This document shows, in pieces, positions 1 through 12,171 of a stretch of DNA of 64,000 bases. The stretch lies in the NCBI GenBank assembly GCA_021613535.1, contig CP075495.1, positions 14,446,001 through 14,510,000 on the forward strand, in the 5' to 3' direction. Below the pieces are notes generated by a model. It was given only the letters and a program-made list of their open reading frames with translations. It was not told the DNA's origin and did no database searches. Position 1 is the first letter of the stretch; the number at the start of each line of letters is the position of its first letter. A program made the position numbers and the translations under genes. Source of the stretch: Adineta vaga (taxonomy: Eukaryota; Animalia; Rotifera).

Positions 1-216
1 TTTTCCTGCTCTTTTCCAAGAAGTTCTAAATAAGAAAGATATTTAAATAACGTATCTTGTTGGAATTGGTGTTGTCTTTGTTAGATTGTTTAACCTACTG
101 TTTATTATGGAAGTCATCGCACTATCTTCTTTAAAGCACCAATATTTAAAGCAAGAGTTTATAGCAAACAGATTGCCGTGTAAGAAACGCCGAGAGCAGA
201 GACAGGAAGTAAACAT
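1..216 (-). CDS. Possible 5' end of a gene running off the left edge (product unknown)
   Basis: ATG at 216 (MFTSCLCSRRFLHG...); a plausible GT donor near 93 and ...TTTAG acceptor near 27 would continue in frame as RTSWKRAGK. No recognisable domain. Confidence 0.25.
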
Positions 217-613
217 ATCATTATACCTTTTTATATTTACCTGTATGAATAACGATCGACTCTTCCCCAATATCTAGTCAGCTAAATGACTCATAGATTT
301 TAGAAAGTGTATGAGTGAATACAGAGGTCGTCAATGATCATCAACCTATGTAGCATCTTAGATAGAATTTATTGAAATAGTTTTCTCCGAATTGCTGTCG
401 AGATTCATTTCTTAAATCGTTGACTGTCGCTGCTCAACAATGTATTGCTATATTTCATTGAAATTATGATTGTTATTGCAATCTTTTCAATAAATGAATT
501 TAGAAAAAAGACACATTGCAAGTTTACATGATTTTCTCATGGTTATTCCTATAGCTTGAATGTTGTTGATTGCGTGGCATTTTCATGTCATAAAATTCTG
601 TCGTACAAAAAAC

Positions 614-629
614 GGGCGCCCTCTGCTGA
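614..629 (-). promoter_or_regulatory. CTCF-like motif
   Basis: Minus strand TCAGCAGAGGGCGCCC closely matches the bilaterian CTCF core CCASYAGRKGGCRS and is a GC-rich island in AT-rich DNA. Confidence 0.35.
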
Positions 630-899
630 ATCCTTTTCTTGAATGGTTTTGTGTTGTTTCCTATCATTCCCTTGATTATTTTTCATCATGTCACGGTCAT
701 TAAATAATTCTGTCAAATAAGAAATTCTGTTAATCTAAGTATTACTGCAATCTATGTGTTAGATTATCATCTTAATATTCAATCAATTTATGTTTTTTCA
801 ATGAAAATTGTATCGATTTGTCAAACACTATTTTCACACGGCTTGCATTCTACTCTATATAATATTTCGTGTCGACAAAAATCATCCATATTTCAGAAA

Positions 900-2027
900 A
901 TGATTCGTATTCAAAATACAGATGATTCTCCAGCTCCTCTCTCTACATTTACCATATTAACATATAATTGTCTTGCTTCAAATCTAGCTGAAAGTCAATA
1001 TTTTCCACATACAAATCCAATTCATCTGGAATTTTCTTATCGGTCGAAATTATTCGAACGTGAATTACAATCTTTCAATGCTGATATTGTTTGTTTACAA
1101 GAAATACATAGAGATAATTTTCATCAATGGCTTAGTCCATTTCTTGCTCAATTAGGTTATAGTGAAGGTATTTTTGCTGAACGTGGTGGTATCAAAGCAA
1201 AAGATGGTGTTGTCTTGTTCTTCAAACAAGATAAATTCAAACTAATAACTCATCATCGACTTGGTTATTTCGATAGTGCACAAGAACAATTTCCTAATCA
1301 AACAGCATTAGCAACATACAATGCTGCTCTTTTCTGTCTTCTTCAATTGCAAAATACAAAGGTAGAAATTAGAAAAAAAAAGTTCTTCTTCTTTCAAAAT
1401 AATTGTACTGTTTTCTTTTAGAAAGAAACAGCTAATAAAGAAGAACAACAACTATGGATATGTAATACTCATTTGAATTGGAATCATACATTACCAGCGA
1501 CTCAACTCTTTCAAATTCGTACACTTTTAAGTGAACTTTCTCGATTGAATAAACAAACGCATGATAGTCCATTTGTGATTGTTGGTGATTTTAATAGTAA
1601 ACGTGACTCAGCTGTACATGATTATATTCGAAATGGAGTTGTTGCAGATACTGCTGAATATTATTCAAAAGTTCATGATGTTTATTTACCATTATTTAAT
1701 AACGATACAACTAAAACAACACAATATCTCAATGAACCTCATGTATATAAGAAAGCATTGGAAAGTGCTTACAACGAAAAGAGATTTTCTATGCCATTTA
1801 CAACACGAATTAGAGATCATTTTTGTGGAACAATTGATTATATTTATTTTCAACAGAGTCGTATGCGTGTATTACAATTACTAAATGCATTGCATGACGA
1901 TGCTGAGCAAGCACTAAGGAATGATTTTACCTTACCTAATGAACAACATCCAAGTGATCATTTACCATTAATGGCTGAACTTGCTTTACTTCCAAAATCT
2001 GCAGAGAATGATCCGAATAATCAATGA
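900..2027 (+). CDS. CCR4/nocturnin/angel/PDE12-family EEP phosphoesterase without an LRR domain; 2 exons (900-1361, 1422-2027), ~355 aa
   Basis: EEP motifs LTYNCLA, DIVCLQE, CNTHL, GDFNS, TIDYI, PSDHLPL; a 60-bp GT-AG intron joins the two ORFs in frame. Confidence 0.9.
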
Positions 2028-2565
2028 AACATACAAATAAATTCAATTTTTTTCCTAATGTCAATATTCCGTAAGAAAACAATTCGAACTACTTGAAAAT
2101 AATTATTAATACCTGTTTTTTTCTATTACTCAAGCAATCTTTATTGTTATTATCATTTCATATAGTTATTCTTTTTTTGTACTGATATCTTTGCATAGTA
2201 TTGTTTATGATACACTTTTTCGTAACAAATCATCAACTATTAGACAAAATAAAACGATAATCTGTGATACGAAAATCATCGATTCTTTTTCTAGATAAAG
2301 GTTCTGTGGTATTGTTTTGTACAAGTCAGTGGCTTCAAATGTACGTAACCGATTTTTACTTCTCCTGCGCAAGGATTGCTATCGTGAGAACTCCATACTG
2401 CATGCTACATTGATCCTATTTCATGAGGAATGTTTGATTTGACAAATTGAATAGAATCTAATCCTCTTTCACAAGATAGTTGATCATCGCAGAGAAAAAT
2501 ATTTCTCTTTGTTAAATCTGTCACGTTATATTTAGAAATAAACAGCAATAAATTGTTTATTCATT

Positions 2566-3590
2566 ATGAAATCCACACGTACAGTGAATATTGATTTATT
2601 AAAAACGATGCCACTGCCCGATTGGGATGACGATACAAGTAAAAGTAGCCGCGGGAAAGTATTGATTATTGGTGGTAGTCGACGTTTACCTGGAGCAGTT
2701 ATTCTGGCTGCACGTGCAGCTCTACGTATTGGCTGTGGTACAGTTCGTGTAGCTGTACCTGAAAGTATTGCTATAGCAATGGGCGTTTCTGTTCCTGAAC
2801 TAATGGTACTTCCTCTACCAGAAACATCACATGGTACGATAGCTGCCAAAGCTGCTTCAAAATTACTCAAAGAACAAATGGAAGTATGTTCAGCTGTTGT
2901 ATTGGGACCCGGCATTGATGAAGACAATGATACAGAAAAAGCTGTACGCGAATTACTGGAACAAATACCATTACCAACAGTAGTCGATGCTCAGGTAAGA
3001 TCAATTTAAAATATCTAACTTATTATATCATCATTGAGTAACTCAATGGATAAATAATATTCATCGCACTATCAGACGCATGTTGATAATTGTTTTATAT
3101 ATAGGCTTTATTCGCTTATGATATCAAACAAACACCTATAGCTCCGCGTATTCTTACACCTCATGAAGATGAATTTAAAGCATTACGAGATGGTAAAAAA
3201 ACGGATATGTCAGCACTTGAATCTGTTGCTGAAGAATTTGCTCGACAATCAAATGCTATACTTGTTCTCAAAGGTCAAAATACTTTTATTTCTACACCAG
3301 AAGGATCTATCTTCAAAAATGAAGCTGGTTCTCGGGCTTTAGGTACAGCAGGAAGTGGTGATACTTTAGCTGGTATCATTGGTGGACTATTAGCACAAAG
3401 TATCGAACCATATACAGCTGCTGTTTGGGGTGTTTATTTTCATGCTATTGCTGGTGAAACAGTTTCGAAAGAAGTTGGTGAAGATGGAGCTATGGCATCG
3501 GATTTGATTGATCGTCTTCCTGCTATTCAACGACGTCTACGTCAGGAAACGTGTGTCAAAGATAGTAAAAAGAATCAATCTAAGTCATAA
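2566..3590 (+). CDS. nnrD: ADP/ATP-dependent NAD(P)HX dehydratase (YjeF C-terminal, carbohydrate-kinase family), stand-alone bacterial type; 2 exons (2566-2994, 3105-3590), ~304 aa
   Basis: Motifs KSSRGKVLIIGGS..PGA, VLGPG, VVDAQAL, ILTPHEDEF, LVLKG, GTAGSGDTLAG, GVYFH; intron CAG|GTAAGA...ATAG restores the frame. Confidence 0.9.
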
Positions 3591-4350
3591 TATTTGTCGA
3601 TATTGGATTATATTAATCACGCTATTTTTTTATTTGTTTAATTTTGTATGCTTTTATAGGTTATATTCAAGCATCACACCTCGAGTGTTCGATTGCCTAT
3701 AGAATAAAGTTGATAATAAAATACATGATTGAAAAATAGAATTTCATTCGAGTTCATATTCAATAGCAATCATTATAAACATATATTCTACTTATTTTGA
3801 TGAATATCTAGAAGAGAAAGTCCGTAAATTAATCATAAAATTAATAAGTGCTTATCATTTATTCCAACATAAGTCGTTCAGTTTCGTAGAAAATCTAATA
3901 TTTATCTTTGATGATGCAAGTTGGAAGGAAGAGAATATAGATAATATCGAAACAAGAAGCTTTGTTATGCTTATTTACAACTGATTCTCTTCCCGGATTT
4001 TTCTTTATCTCAAATCATGTTGCATCGAAAATATATTTTCTCATTGCTTCTTTTTTCCTGGAAAGTTTCAACTTGCCTCATAACTATGACAATATGTTCT
4101 TTTTATTCATAGTAAATATATTGCTTAGCGATTTTTAATCGATAAAACCATGAACTTGCATTTCTTTATCTGAATCTAAATAAAACTTAGATAAATAGTA
4201 AAGTGCATACGAATTAAATGAATCATCATTTTTTTGTTTTGATTATGCTGTACTAAACGTCCGTATTTGAGGAAGTACAATCACATGTCACTAAGAAAAA
4301 TATAGTATAAATATTGAGATTTTTTCAGTATTAAAGCATTAATTCAATAA

Positions 4351-6699
4351 ATGCCTTTCGCAGTTGTGCTTATATTTCTTGTGAAAACTATTATTTGTCA
4401 AGAGCATCCAAATGCTTTAGAAGGTGGTAGTTGGCAAGTGGTCGTTCCTGAACTCGGCGGTGCAGCAACTGGAAAAAGTCTTGGCATGCAAACTGTTCAT
4501 GCAGTACTTCTTCCTTCTGGCGAAATTCTTGTGGCTAGTGGAAGTAGTTGGCGCAATCGTGGTCCAATCGAAACATTTCCTCAAGCAGATGATCCTCAAG
4601 GGGGTGAAGGAATATTTCGATTGAGAGAAGATCCATTTCAAATGGATAAAATCGAAGATTATTTTCAATTGGTTAATAATGTTGGTGTTTATAATCCTGC
4701 AAAGAATACATTTTTTCGTATTCCTCATCCTACACCTGTACCTGATCCAAAATGGCCTGAACATTTCGCTCCGAATGATTTATTTTGTACTGGACATCTA
4801 CATGTACCTGATGGAAATGTATTATTTGTTGGCGGAACACAATATTATCACCCATATCGTACAGGTAATCGTGCAACATATTTATATGATTGGCGGAAAC
4901 ATGTCAATACATCATGGGATCAAATTGATTGGAGACGTATGCCAATTTTTAATGATACAGAAAATCCATGGGTATTTGCCGGTAGGAATACTTTTGGTGT
5001 AGTCTTATGAGTTTAATTATCTGAATCTGTTTTAGGTTTAATGGAACGTGGCCGTTGGTATGCATCTCTTGTTCCTTTACTCGATGGTCGTCTGGTTGTA
5101 ATGGGTGGTTTTGTAGGTTTTGATGTTGGATATCCAAGCATGTATCCATTTCAAAATAATGATTTTGTTGAATTCTTTGATCCTCAAATATTTGCATCAT
5201 CCTCAGATGAGCAATTAGCTTGGCGTAAAGTTAGTGTTAAATCAACACCGAATGGTCCTTTTACAAATTTGATTAATCTAAATTTCAAACCAACGCCTGG
5301 AATGAGTTGCAGTGCACAATGTATCAAAGATAATCAATATGATGTATTCAAACTCTATGAACAAGCTTATTTAATGGCTGAAGGAAGAATTTATTTAACA
5401 CGTGAAGGTGATTGGGTAAGTGCACGAACACCTGATACAGCTTTTATGCGTAAAACAAAGGCTACATATCATATGCATATTGTTGGAAGTCGACAATCAC
5501 CTTCGATACAATTTTCACCTGGTCCATCAAGAGCTGAAAATATAACATCTTATGGAACAACAATAAATGATCCAAACAATGGACGGATTGTACTTTTTGG
5601 TGGTCAACCAACTTCACCTGGAACTCAATTATATCAAGATGATACTCATCAAGGTAATTCATATAAGCATAAATGATTTGTATCGATATTTTTTCAACTC
5701 ACTTCTTTAGGTTATCAACGTTATGCTGGTGGTCGAGGTAGTAGAAAGATCGAAGAATTTTTCTCTTCAATCTATGAAGCTGGTGGTGGTCATTGGACAT
5801 TGAAATCAAATTTCTTAGGAGAAAACTTGCAAGATGATCGAACAATGCATTATGCTATACTTTTACCAACATCACAAGTTCTTATTATCAATGGAGCTAA
5901 TTATGATTTTTATGGATCTGTACAATATCCAATTTTATTAACACCGAAATTTGATGAAGTAACAGGTGCTTTTCTAGATTATGATAGAAAACGTATGAAT
6001 GAAGGTGTTGAAGCTCGTTTATATCATAATGTAGCTCTTCTTTTACCCGATGGTCGTATATGGATATCAGGTGGAGGATCAGCTCGAGCTACTATTAATT
6101 ATTCATCATTATTAGAAAAGCCTTTATCTGAACATAATACAAGTTCAGGTGGACAACCATTACCTGATACAAGCAACATTGATTTGGACGTTCAAATGTT
6201 TGATGATGGACGATTATCAAAAGGTATTCAAGGTTCATTGACTGTACCTACTGAAACATGGATCGCAGAAATATTCAATCCACCATATCTCTTTATTGAT
6301 GGTCAACGACGTGCAATCATTACTGGATTAAGTTATATGAAATCACATGATTATCAATTTGAAAGTATTATCGGTGAACAACGATTTTATTTACTGCATA
6401 GTAATTGTAAATATAATATTCATTTAAGTGATCTTCCAAACAAATGTTCTAAAAGAAGTAAAAGTAAATTAGTACTTATTAAATTAGGATCTGCTACGCA
6501 TGGGTGGGATGGTGGACAACGTCTTATTAATCTTTCTTTTCAAGAAACATCATCACCAACCACGTTACAATTTACAACACCCGATGCTCGTATAGCTTTG
6601 ATTGCACCAGGATTTTATATGCTTTTCTATGTCGATTGTATGGGTAAACCATCTGTTGCTCAAATGGTTCGTTTTGATGATCAGGCTCAAAAACCTTAA
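4351..6699 (+). CDS. Secreted copper-radical oxidase (galactose/glyoxal oxidase, CAZy AA5 / GlxA-like) with C-terminal DUF1929 domain; 3 exons (4351-4981, 5036-5653, 5711-6699), ~745 aa
   Basis: N-terminal signal peptide; DLFC (cross-link Cys), RWY (cross-link Tyr), RLYHN (Tyr/His Cu ligands), ATHGWD (distal His), C-terminal PGFYMLFYVD..GKPSVA; 54- and 57-bp introns give an open 2238-nt frame. Confidence 0.88.
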
Positions 6700-7193
6700 C
6701 TTGTAAAAACAAACAATATGAAATAAATATTGTTATTTCACTTTATTTTTGAAATAAAACATCAAATGTTTTAAAAGAAATCTAATGTTTCTATGATCTT
6801 ATTCATTTAAAATCAAAATATTCTCTAGAGACGCATTGTACAACAAATGACCTTTTTCCGTTCCTAGTTTTATTATTGTGCGGTCAATTATTAAAACATA
6901 TTGACTGAATATTACTAGATTCGATTAAATATTTTTCTTTAAATTATTTGAAATTGTCCTTATATCAACAAACTGAGATTCTATGCTATGAGACAAACAG
7001 ATAGCAGTCGATTGATAGTCTTTCGCTAGATGATTGCTGCAATTAATTCCAAAAGGAAAAAAAGTGGGTATTTTTGTTCCAATGAAAAGTTTCATTTTGA
7101 AAAACATTTTTCTATTTATTATCTGATTCTTATAAGTTTTTAATCTAATTATATAACAGTAGAATAAAATTAGAAAAAATAAATGATTTCTAA

Positions 7194-7526
7194 TTAATTT
7201 TGTTCTTGTCTTAATCGATGAATTTTTACATTAAGTTCATCAATTTCTTGTTGTAAACAACCAGCTTCAATCGTTTGTGGAAGTTTTGAACGTAGAATAG
7301 CTTTAAAATGTTCGAGTGGTGATGAATATGCTGTCGAATAGGAAACACTCAATTGTGCAATACAATCTGTTATTGCATCAATTGAACCTGACATTTCCAA
7401 ATAGACTTGAAATGCTTGTAAACGATTAAATAAGTCCGTTGACAATGATGGTGGCGATGAAGTTCGATCGGATGATGAACTTGATACTGATTCGACGACC
7501 GGTGAATTTGGTGGAATAGATGACAT
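7194..7526 (-). CDS. c-Myc-binding protein (MYCBP/AMY-1)-like small coiled-coil protein, ~110 aa
   Basis: FQVYLEMSGSIDAITDCIAQL...SPLEHFK resembles MYCBP FRRYLEKSGVLDTLTKVLVAL...ALDFLK; C-terminal coiled coil; ATG at 7526 follows an acceptor-like TTGCAG. Confidence 0.6.
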   Translation of the reverse strand: MSSIPPNSPVVESVSSSSSDRTSSPPSLSTDLFNRLQAFQVYLEMSGSIDAITDCIAQLSVSYSTAYSSPLEHFKAILRSKLPQTIEAGCLQQEIDELNVKIHRLRQEQN

Positions 7527-7770
7527 TATTTCTTTTCTTCTGCAAATAAAAACTTTCGTCTTCGTCAATTCTTCTTATACATACACAACGAATGAATGAA
7601 TACGAATCAGTCAGTTCTCTTCTTTCGCTTATTTAATAGGGGTTAAACCTTGAGAAGATTTATAAAGATCAAACTGTTTCATTACATCGACTTTTTTTTT
7701 CGTAAAAAAAGAAAACTTATTTCCTTTCTCAAAAGATGTCATTTAGAATTTGATTTATTTTTTAACCTGC

Positions 7771-7780
7771 GCGCCCTCTA
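7771..7780 (-). promoter_or_regulatory. Second CTCF-core-like motif in the divergent MYCBP/CNNM promoter region
   Basis: Minus strand TAGAGGGCGC shares AGAGGGCGC with the motif at 614-629. Confidence 0.25.
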
Positions 7781-8098
7781 TTTCTTCTCGTATAGTTTAC
7801 ACTCATTTACTCCACTCAGAATTTACTTCTCATCGAAATGAAATGATCGGTATCGATTGACTGATTGCTTGTAACCCTTCTATCAGTGAAGCATGCGTAT
7901 CATTGCTCCTATTAATTTGTTTTTCTATTCATAGAAACACAAACTATTTGCTTGGTAGCACACTCTCACAAATGAAAGAAAGAAAAGCACCGAGTTGAGT
8001 ACTTGTATAAAAGAGAAAAGATGAATAACGTTACATTTGTCGATATGTACTTTGAGATTAAAAGTCGATATACATAATTATATAGGATTGGTTTTTAG

Positions 8099-11000
8099 AT
8101 GAAATTTTGGATATTTTTCATTCTAAATATTCTTCATGTCTTATCACAACGTGTCAATCGAACGTCAACATTATCCGTCTGGAAAGTATCGAATGTGAAA
8201 GCAAAAATTACACAAATTCTGGTGTTTTCACCAAGTGAAGAAACAATAATACCATTTGATCCGAAAGAAGGTTGGATTCTTAGTGAAGAAAGGAAACTTG
8301 TTCTGCATATAACTGGTACTAATCTTCGAAATAGTTCCATTGTTTTTTCTTCCATATTAAATCAATGTACACCAAGTGGTTTTGTTTCACCTATTTATCA
8401 ATTATCATCCGCATCAATTGTTACATTAAATATTGAACTTCATAAACTATCCAAATCACATGAATCTGCCTTTCTCTGTTTTCTTCCGCCATCGAAATTG
8501 CTATCAAACAAAACTCAAACAGAGAATGGAACACAATTAGAAGGACTTTATTATACGTTTATTCGCGAGAAAGGTCGTTTACCATTCGCTGCAAAAATAT
8601 GTTTAATTTTAATGTTATTTTTTGTTTCGGGATTTTTCAGGTAAATCGACAATCTTGTTTCCCTTCAAATTCAAATTTGATTTTCGTTTATTTTAGTGGA
8701 TTAAACTTGGGTTTAATGTCATTAAGTGTTAATGATTTAATTTTAATATCGGAATCAGAAGATTCTTCCATGCGTCATTATGCGAAACGTGTTTTACCAT
8801 TACGAAGACGTGGCAATTATCTTCTCTGTTCAATTGTTATAGCAAATGTTTTAGTTAATTCATTGGGTACAGTCCTACTTGATTCACTTGTTCATGGTTT
8901 ATTGGCGGTCGTTGGTTCAACAGTTATGATCGTACTTATGGGTGAAATTATTCCACAAGCGATTTGTTCTCGTTATGGATTAGTCATTGGTTCATATACA
9001 TATGTTGTTACATGGACATGTATGTTAGTAACAGGAATTATTTCCTATCCGTTAGGTTTTATTCTTGATAAAATTCTTGGTCAAGAAGTTACATCATCCT
9101 ATACACGTGATCAAATTGTTGGAATGCTGAAACAAATCAGTGCTGATATAGAAAAACCGGAATTGGATGTTATTACGGGTAAGATAGAAGAAAATGAAAT
9201 TCTATGATAATATTGACTGAAACCTTTGAAATGATTTTGACATCGATTAAGATCATAGTTATTTGTTTATCATACAAGATGTAAATTATTCTTTTTTAAG
9301 GTTTACTTGCATTACGAACAAAAACTGTTAAAGATGCAATGACATTATTAGAAGATGTTTATGCATTGGAAAAAGATCGTAAAACTGATGCAGAACTATT
9401 AATTGATGTGTATAATCATAGTTATTCACGTATGCCTGTATATTCTAATAATAAGTTTGTATTAGAATTTTCTCAAAAACAAATTCTATCGATTTATTAT
9501 TTTAGAGAAAATATCATTGGTATTGTCAAATTACGAGATTTTGCTTTGATTACACCAGAACAATATCATTTAACAGTGAAAAATCTTTTAGAATTTCATA
9601 CTCGTATGTGAACGATTGGTTTCTATTGATATTTTTCTATTCAATTATTCATTAGATAAATATGGTTATGCGAAAACAACAGATCCATTATATGATTTAT
9701 TACAAGAATTTCTCAAAGGTAAATAAAATGAATTAGTTCATGTGGAAGCTATTATTCGGTAATTTTAAGCTCGTTGGCATATTGCAATCGTACAAGAACC
9801 ACGTCTAGAAGACGGTAATCCTGAGCCAGTGGATGTAACTGTTGGTATTATAACACTTGAAGATGTTATTGAAGAAATGTTACAGAGAGAAATTATCGAA
9901 GAAACAGATTTATATAGTAAATTATACTTCTTATAAAAAATATTCTCGATCAATATGTAATTTTTAGGTGATAATCGTCAAAAAATTCCACGTAAACGAG
10001 CGAAAACAATGGATTATACTGCACTCATCAAACGACCTCTTAAAGGTATATTACCACTTTTTCTTATCAAATCATTCTATTCTTCTCGATATTAGGTCCT
10101 TCAATCAGTCCACAATTAAAAGTAGCTGTATTTCAATTTTTAACTACAAGTAAATACATTTTTCTTGCTATTAAACTCGGCTTAATTATAATCTTATATT
10201 CTCTCTAACACTAATCTTGACTGCATGTTATATTTTACTTATAGTTAACATGTGTATATTTTAACGGTGCGTAAGCTTTATCTTTCCATTGATTTTTGCA
10301 TGTATCGATTTTTTGACAGAAAAAAGTGAATAAATATTTCCTTTAGATGTTCAACAATTTACTTCGGGTTTTATTTCACAAGAAATTCTTAAAGTTCTTT
10401 TAAATTATAATGTTTATGCGAACATTAAACGGCCAGCAAATCAATCGACAAATTCGATTTTTTTATATAAAAAAGGTTTTCGTTATGAATTATTTACATT
10501 AGTTGTTCAAGGTAATGCAACATTAGAATCTGGTACTGATCGAATCATGTCAACTGTCGGTCCATTTAGTTACTTTGCTCCAACTGCATTACTTGGTAAA
10601 TTCATTTTAATCGAAGAGAAACTCGTCTATTTTTGTTTTTGAAAATCTACATTTTCTCTTTAGCCGCGAATAAAACTGTAAAAGATGTTCATGAATTTCT
10701 TGATCGATTGGTAACAATAAATTCGAAAACAAACAATATTATGGATTTACTTGATGACATCTCATCGATATTTGTTTCGGATTATAATTTGATTATTAAT
10801 AGTGAATTACATATTTTACAAATTCATCGACTCGTTTGGTTAGCAGCTGTTCGTGCAACACAACGACAACGACGAAAAAATCCACCACAAAAACGTATGC
10901 AACCTGAGCAATTATTTTCCGATGCGCTCAATGAAATTGTAAGAAAATTCTTACCGTCATTTTTCTCTCTAATTGAATCGTCTTTGTTTGTAGTCAGCGA

Positions 11001-12171
11001 TAACTAATGTATCAATCGATAAGAATAATTTAACTAATTTTCAGCGTATCTTTCGAGATGTAAAAGATATTCCAGAATATTTAAGACAAAAAACAAATGA
11101 TTCTACAGACTCAAATGTTCAATCTGGATTATTGTCAACAGCATCGAATGTTTTTAATGTAATTCATTCCTTAGATTCAAATGATCGTGATAAAGTAAAA
11201 GGTTCCCGATCAGCATCAGCAATTGTTTGTAATCCACTTCTATTAAGTCAACAAAGTGATACTTCACCCAATGGGAATGATAATCATTCAAGTGTATCAA
11301 ATAGTCTCAATGAAGGAACTTCCAATTCTACTATGAATATCAATAAAATATTTGATGATGTAAGTAAATATTTTTCATAATGGCATTTTCGTGAGTGTCA
11401 TATATCCATTAATTTATTTATGACTTTTGATTCAAAACAGTGAGTCTATTCGATTACAAATGACAACAAATTCTTTTTTATGATCGAATGTATTCAAAAG
11501 GAAAGAATTCATAAATAAATAGTTTGAGTTGAAACTAATCCCATTGAAAGATTAGAGTGTTCTTTTCGCTGTTTTGAATTAATTCATTCGACAAATAAAC
11601 AACTTGTTTTCTGATACGCGGTTTTTTTCTTCTCTTCTCTTCTCTTCTTCTAAGAGTGATCGTACACTCTCTTGTATGTAAAGACACTTTGAGAAGTAGT
11701 TTGAATTCATCAGACTCGTTTCACCTTTGATTATTTCTTCAATGTTTCTATTTATCAATGGATTTACATGCACGAACATAAAACACATCAAGGTTATTTT
11801 TATTTTCCTATAGAAAGACTCCGACTCATAATAATATTCCTCTTCTTCTTGTTGTTGTTGTTATTCCTCCTGCTACAACTGGTATTTATTTTCGATCTAT
11901 TTAGACGAACGATGATGATCATAACGATGAAAAAGAGCATTTAATTGATCAAGGTCGTTTACTACATGATGTACGACATCAACGGCATTTAACATCCCCA
12001 TCTAATTTACCTCACGCACGTTCGGATACACATATTCCATCATCATCTGACCCAAATGAAATACTAAATAATAATCAAAACAATAACAATAATAATAATA
12101 ACACAGCTTCATCGAATCAACCTCGACGTGCACGTTCATTACTTCACGAAACCAAATGTGCACCATCATAA
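8099..12171 (+). CDS. CNNM: CNNM/ACDP-family Mg2+ transporter (signal peptide, DUF21, CBS pair, cNMP-like domain); multi-exon
   Basis: SGFFSGLNLGLMSL, YAKRVLPLRRRGNYLLCSI, GEIIPQAICSRYGL, YSRMPVY, GIITLEDVIEEMLQREI; the last exon 11905-12171 is in frame with the donor at 11360. The 3' end is less certain than the core. Confidence 0.88.

Noticed and set aside
756-899. N-terminal extension of the EEP ORF in the ORF track
   Set aside because: It begins at a GTG and looks like UTR; the ATG at 900 directly precedes the domain. Many ORF-track starts are non-ATG or intronic because the track ignores splicing.
1579-5662. Alternative-frame and antisense ORFs over the EEP, NnrD and oxidase genes
   Set aside because: Shadows of the real coding frames with no independent motifs.
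900-6699. Bacterial contaminant or true prokaryotic operon
   Set aside because: All three genes have GT-AG introns and host-like composition and are contiguous with clearly animal genes.
11650-11885. Possible extra cassette exons in the last CNNM intron
   Set aside because: Several AG/GT pairs exist but I could not build a consistent open frame.
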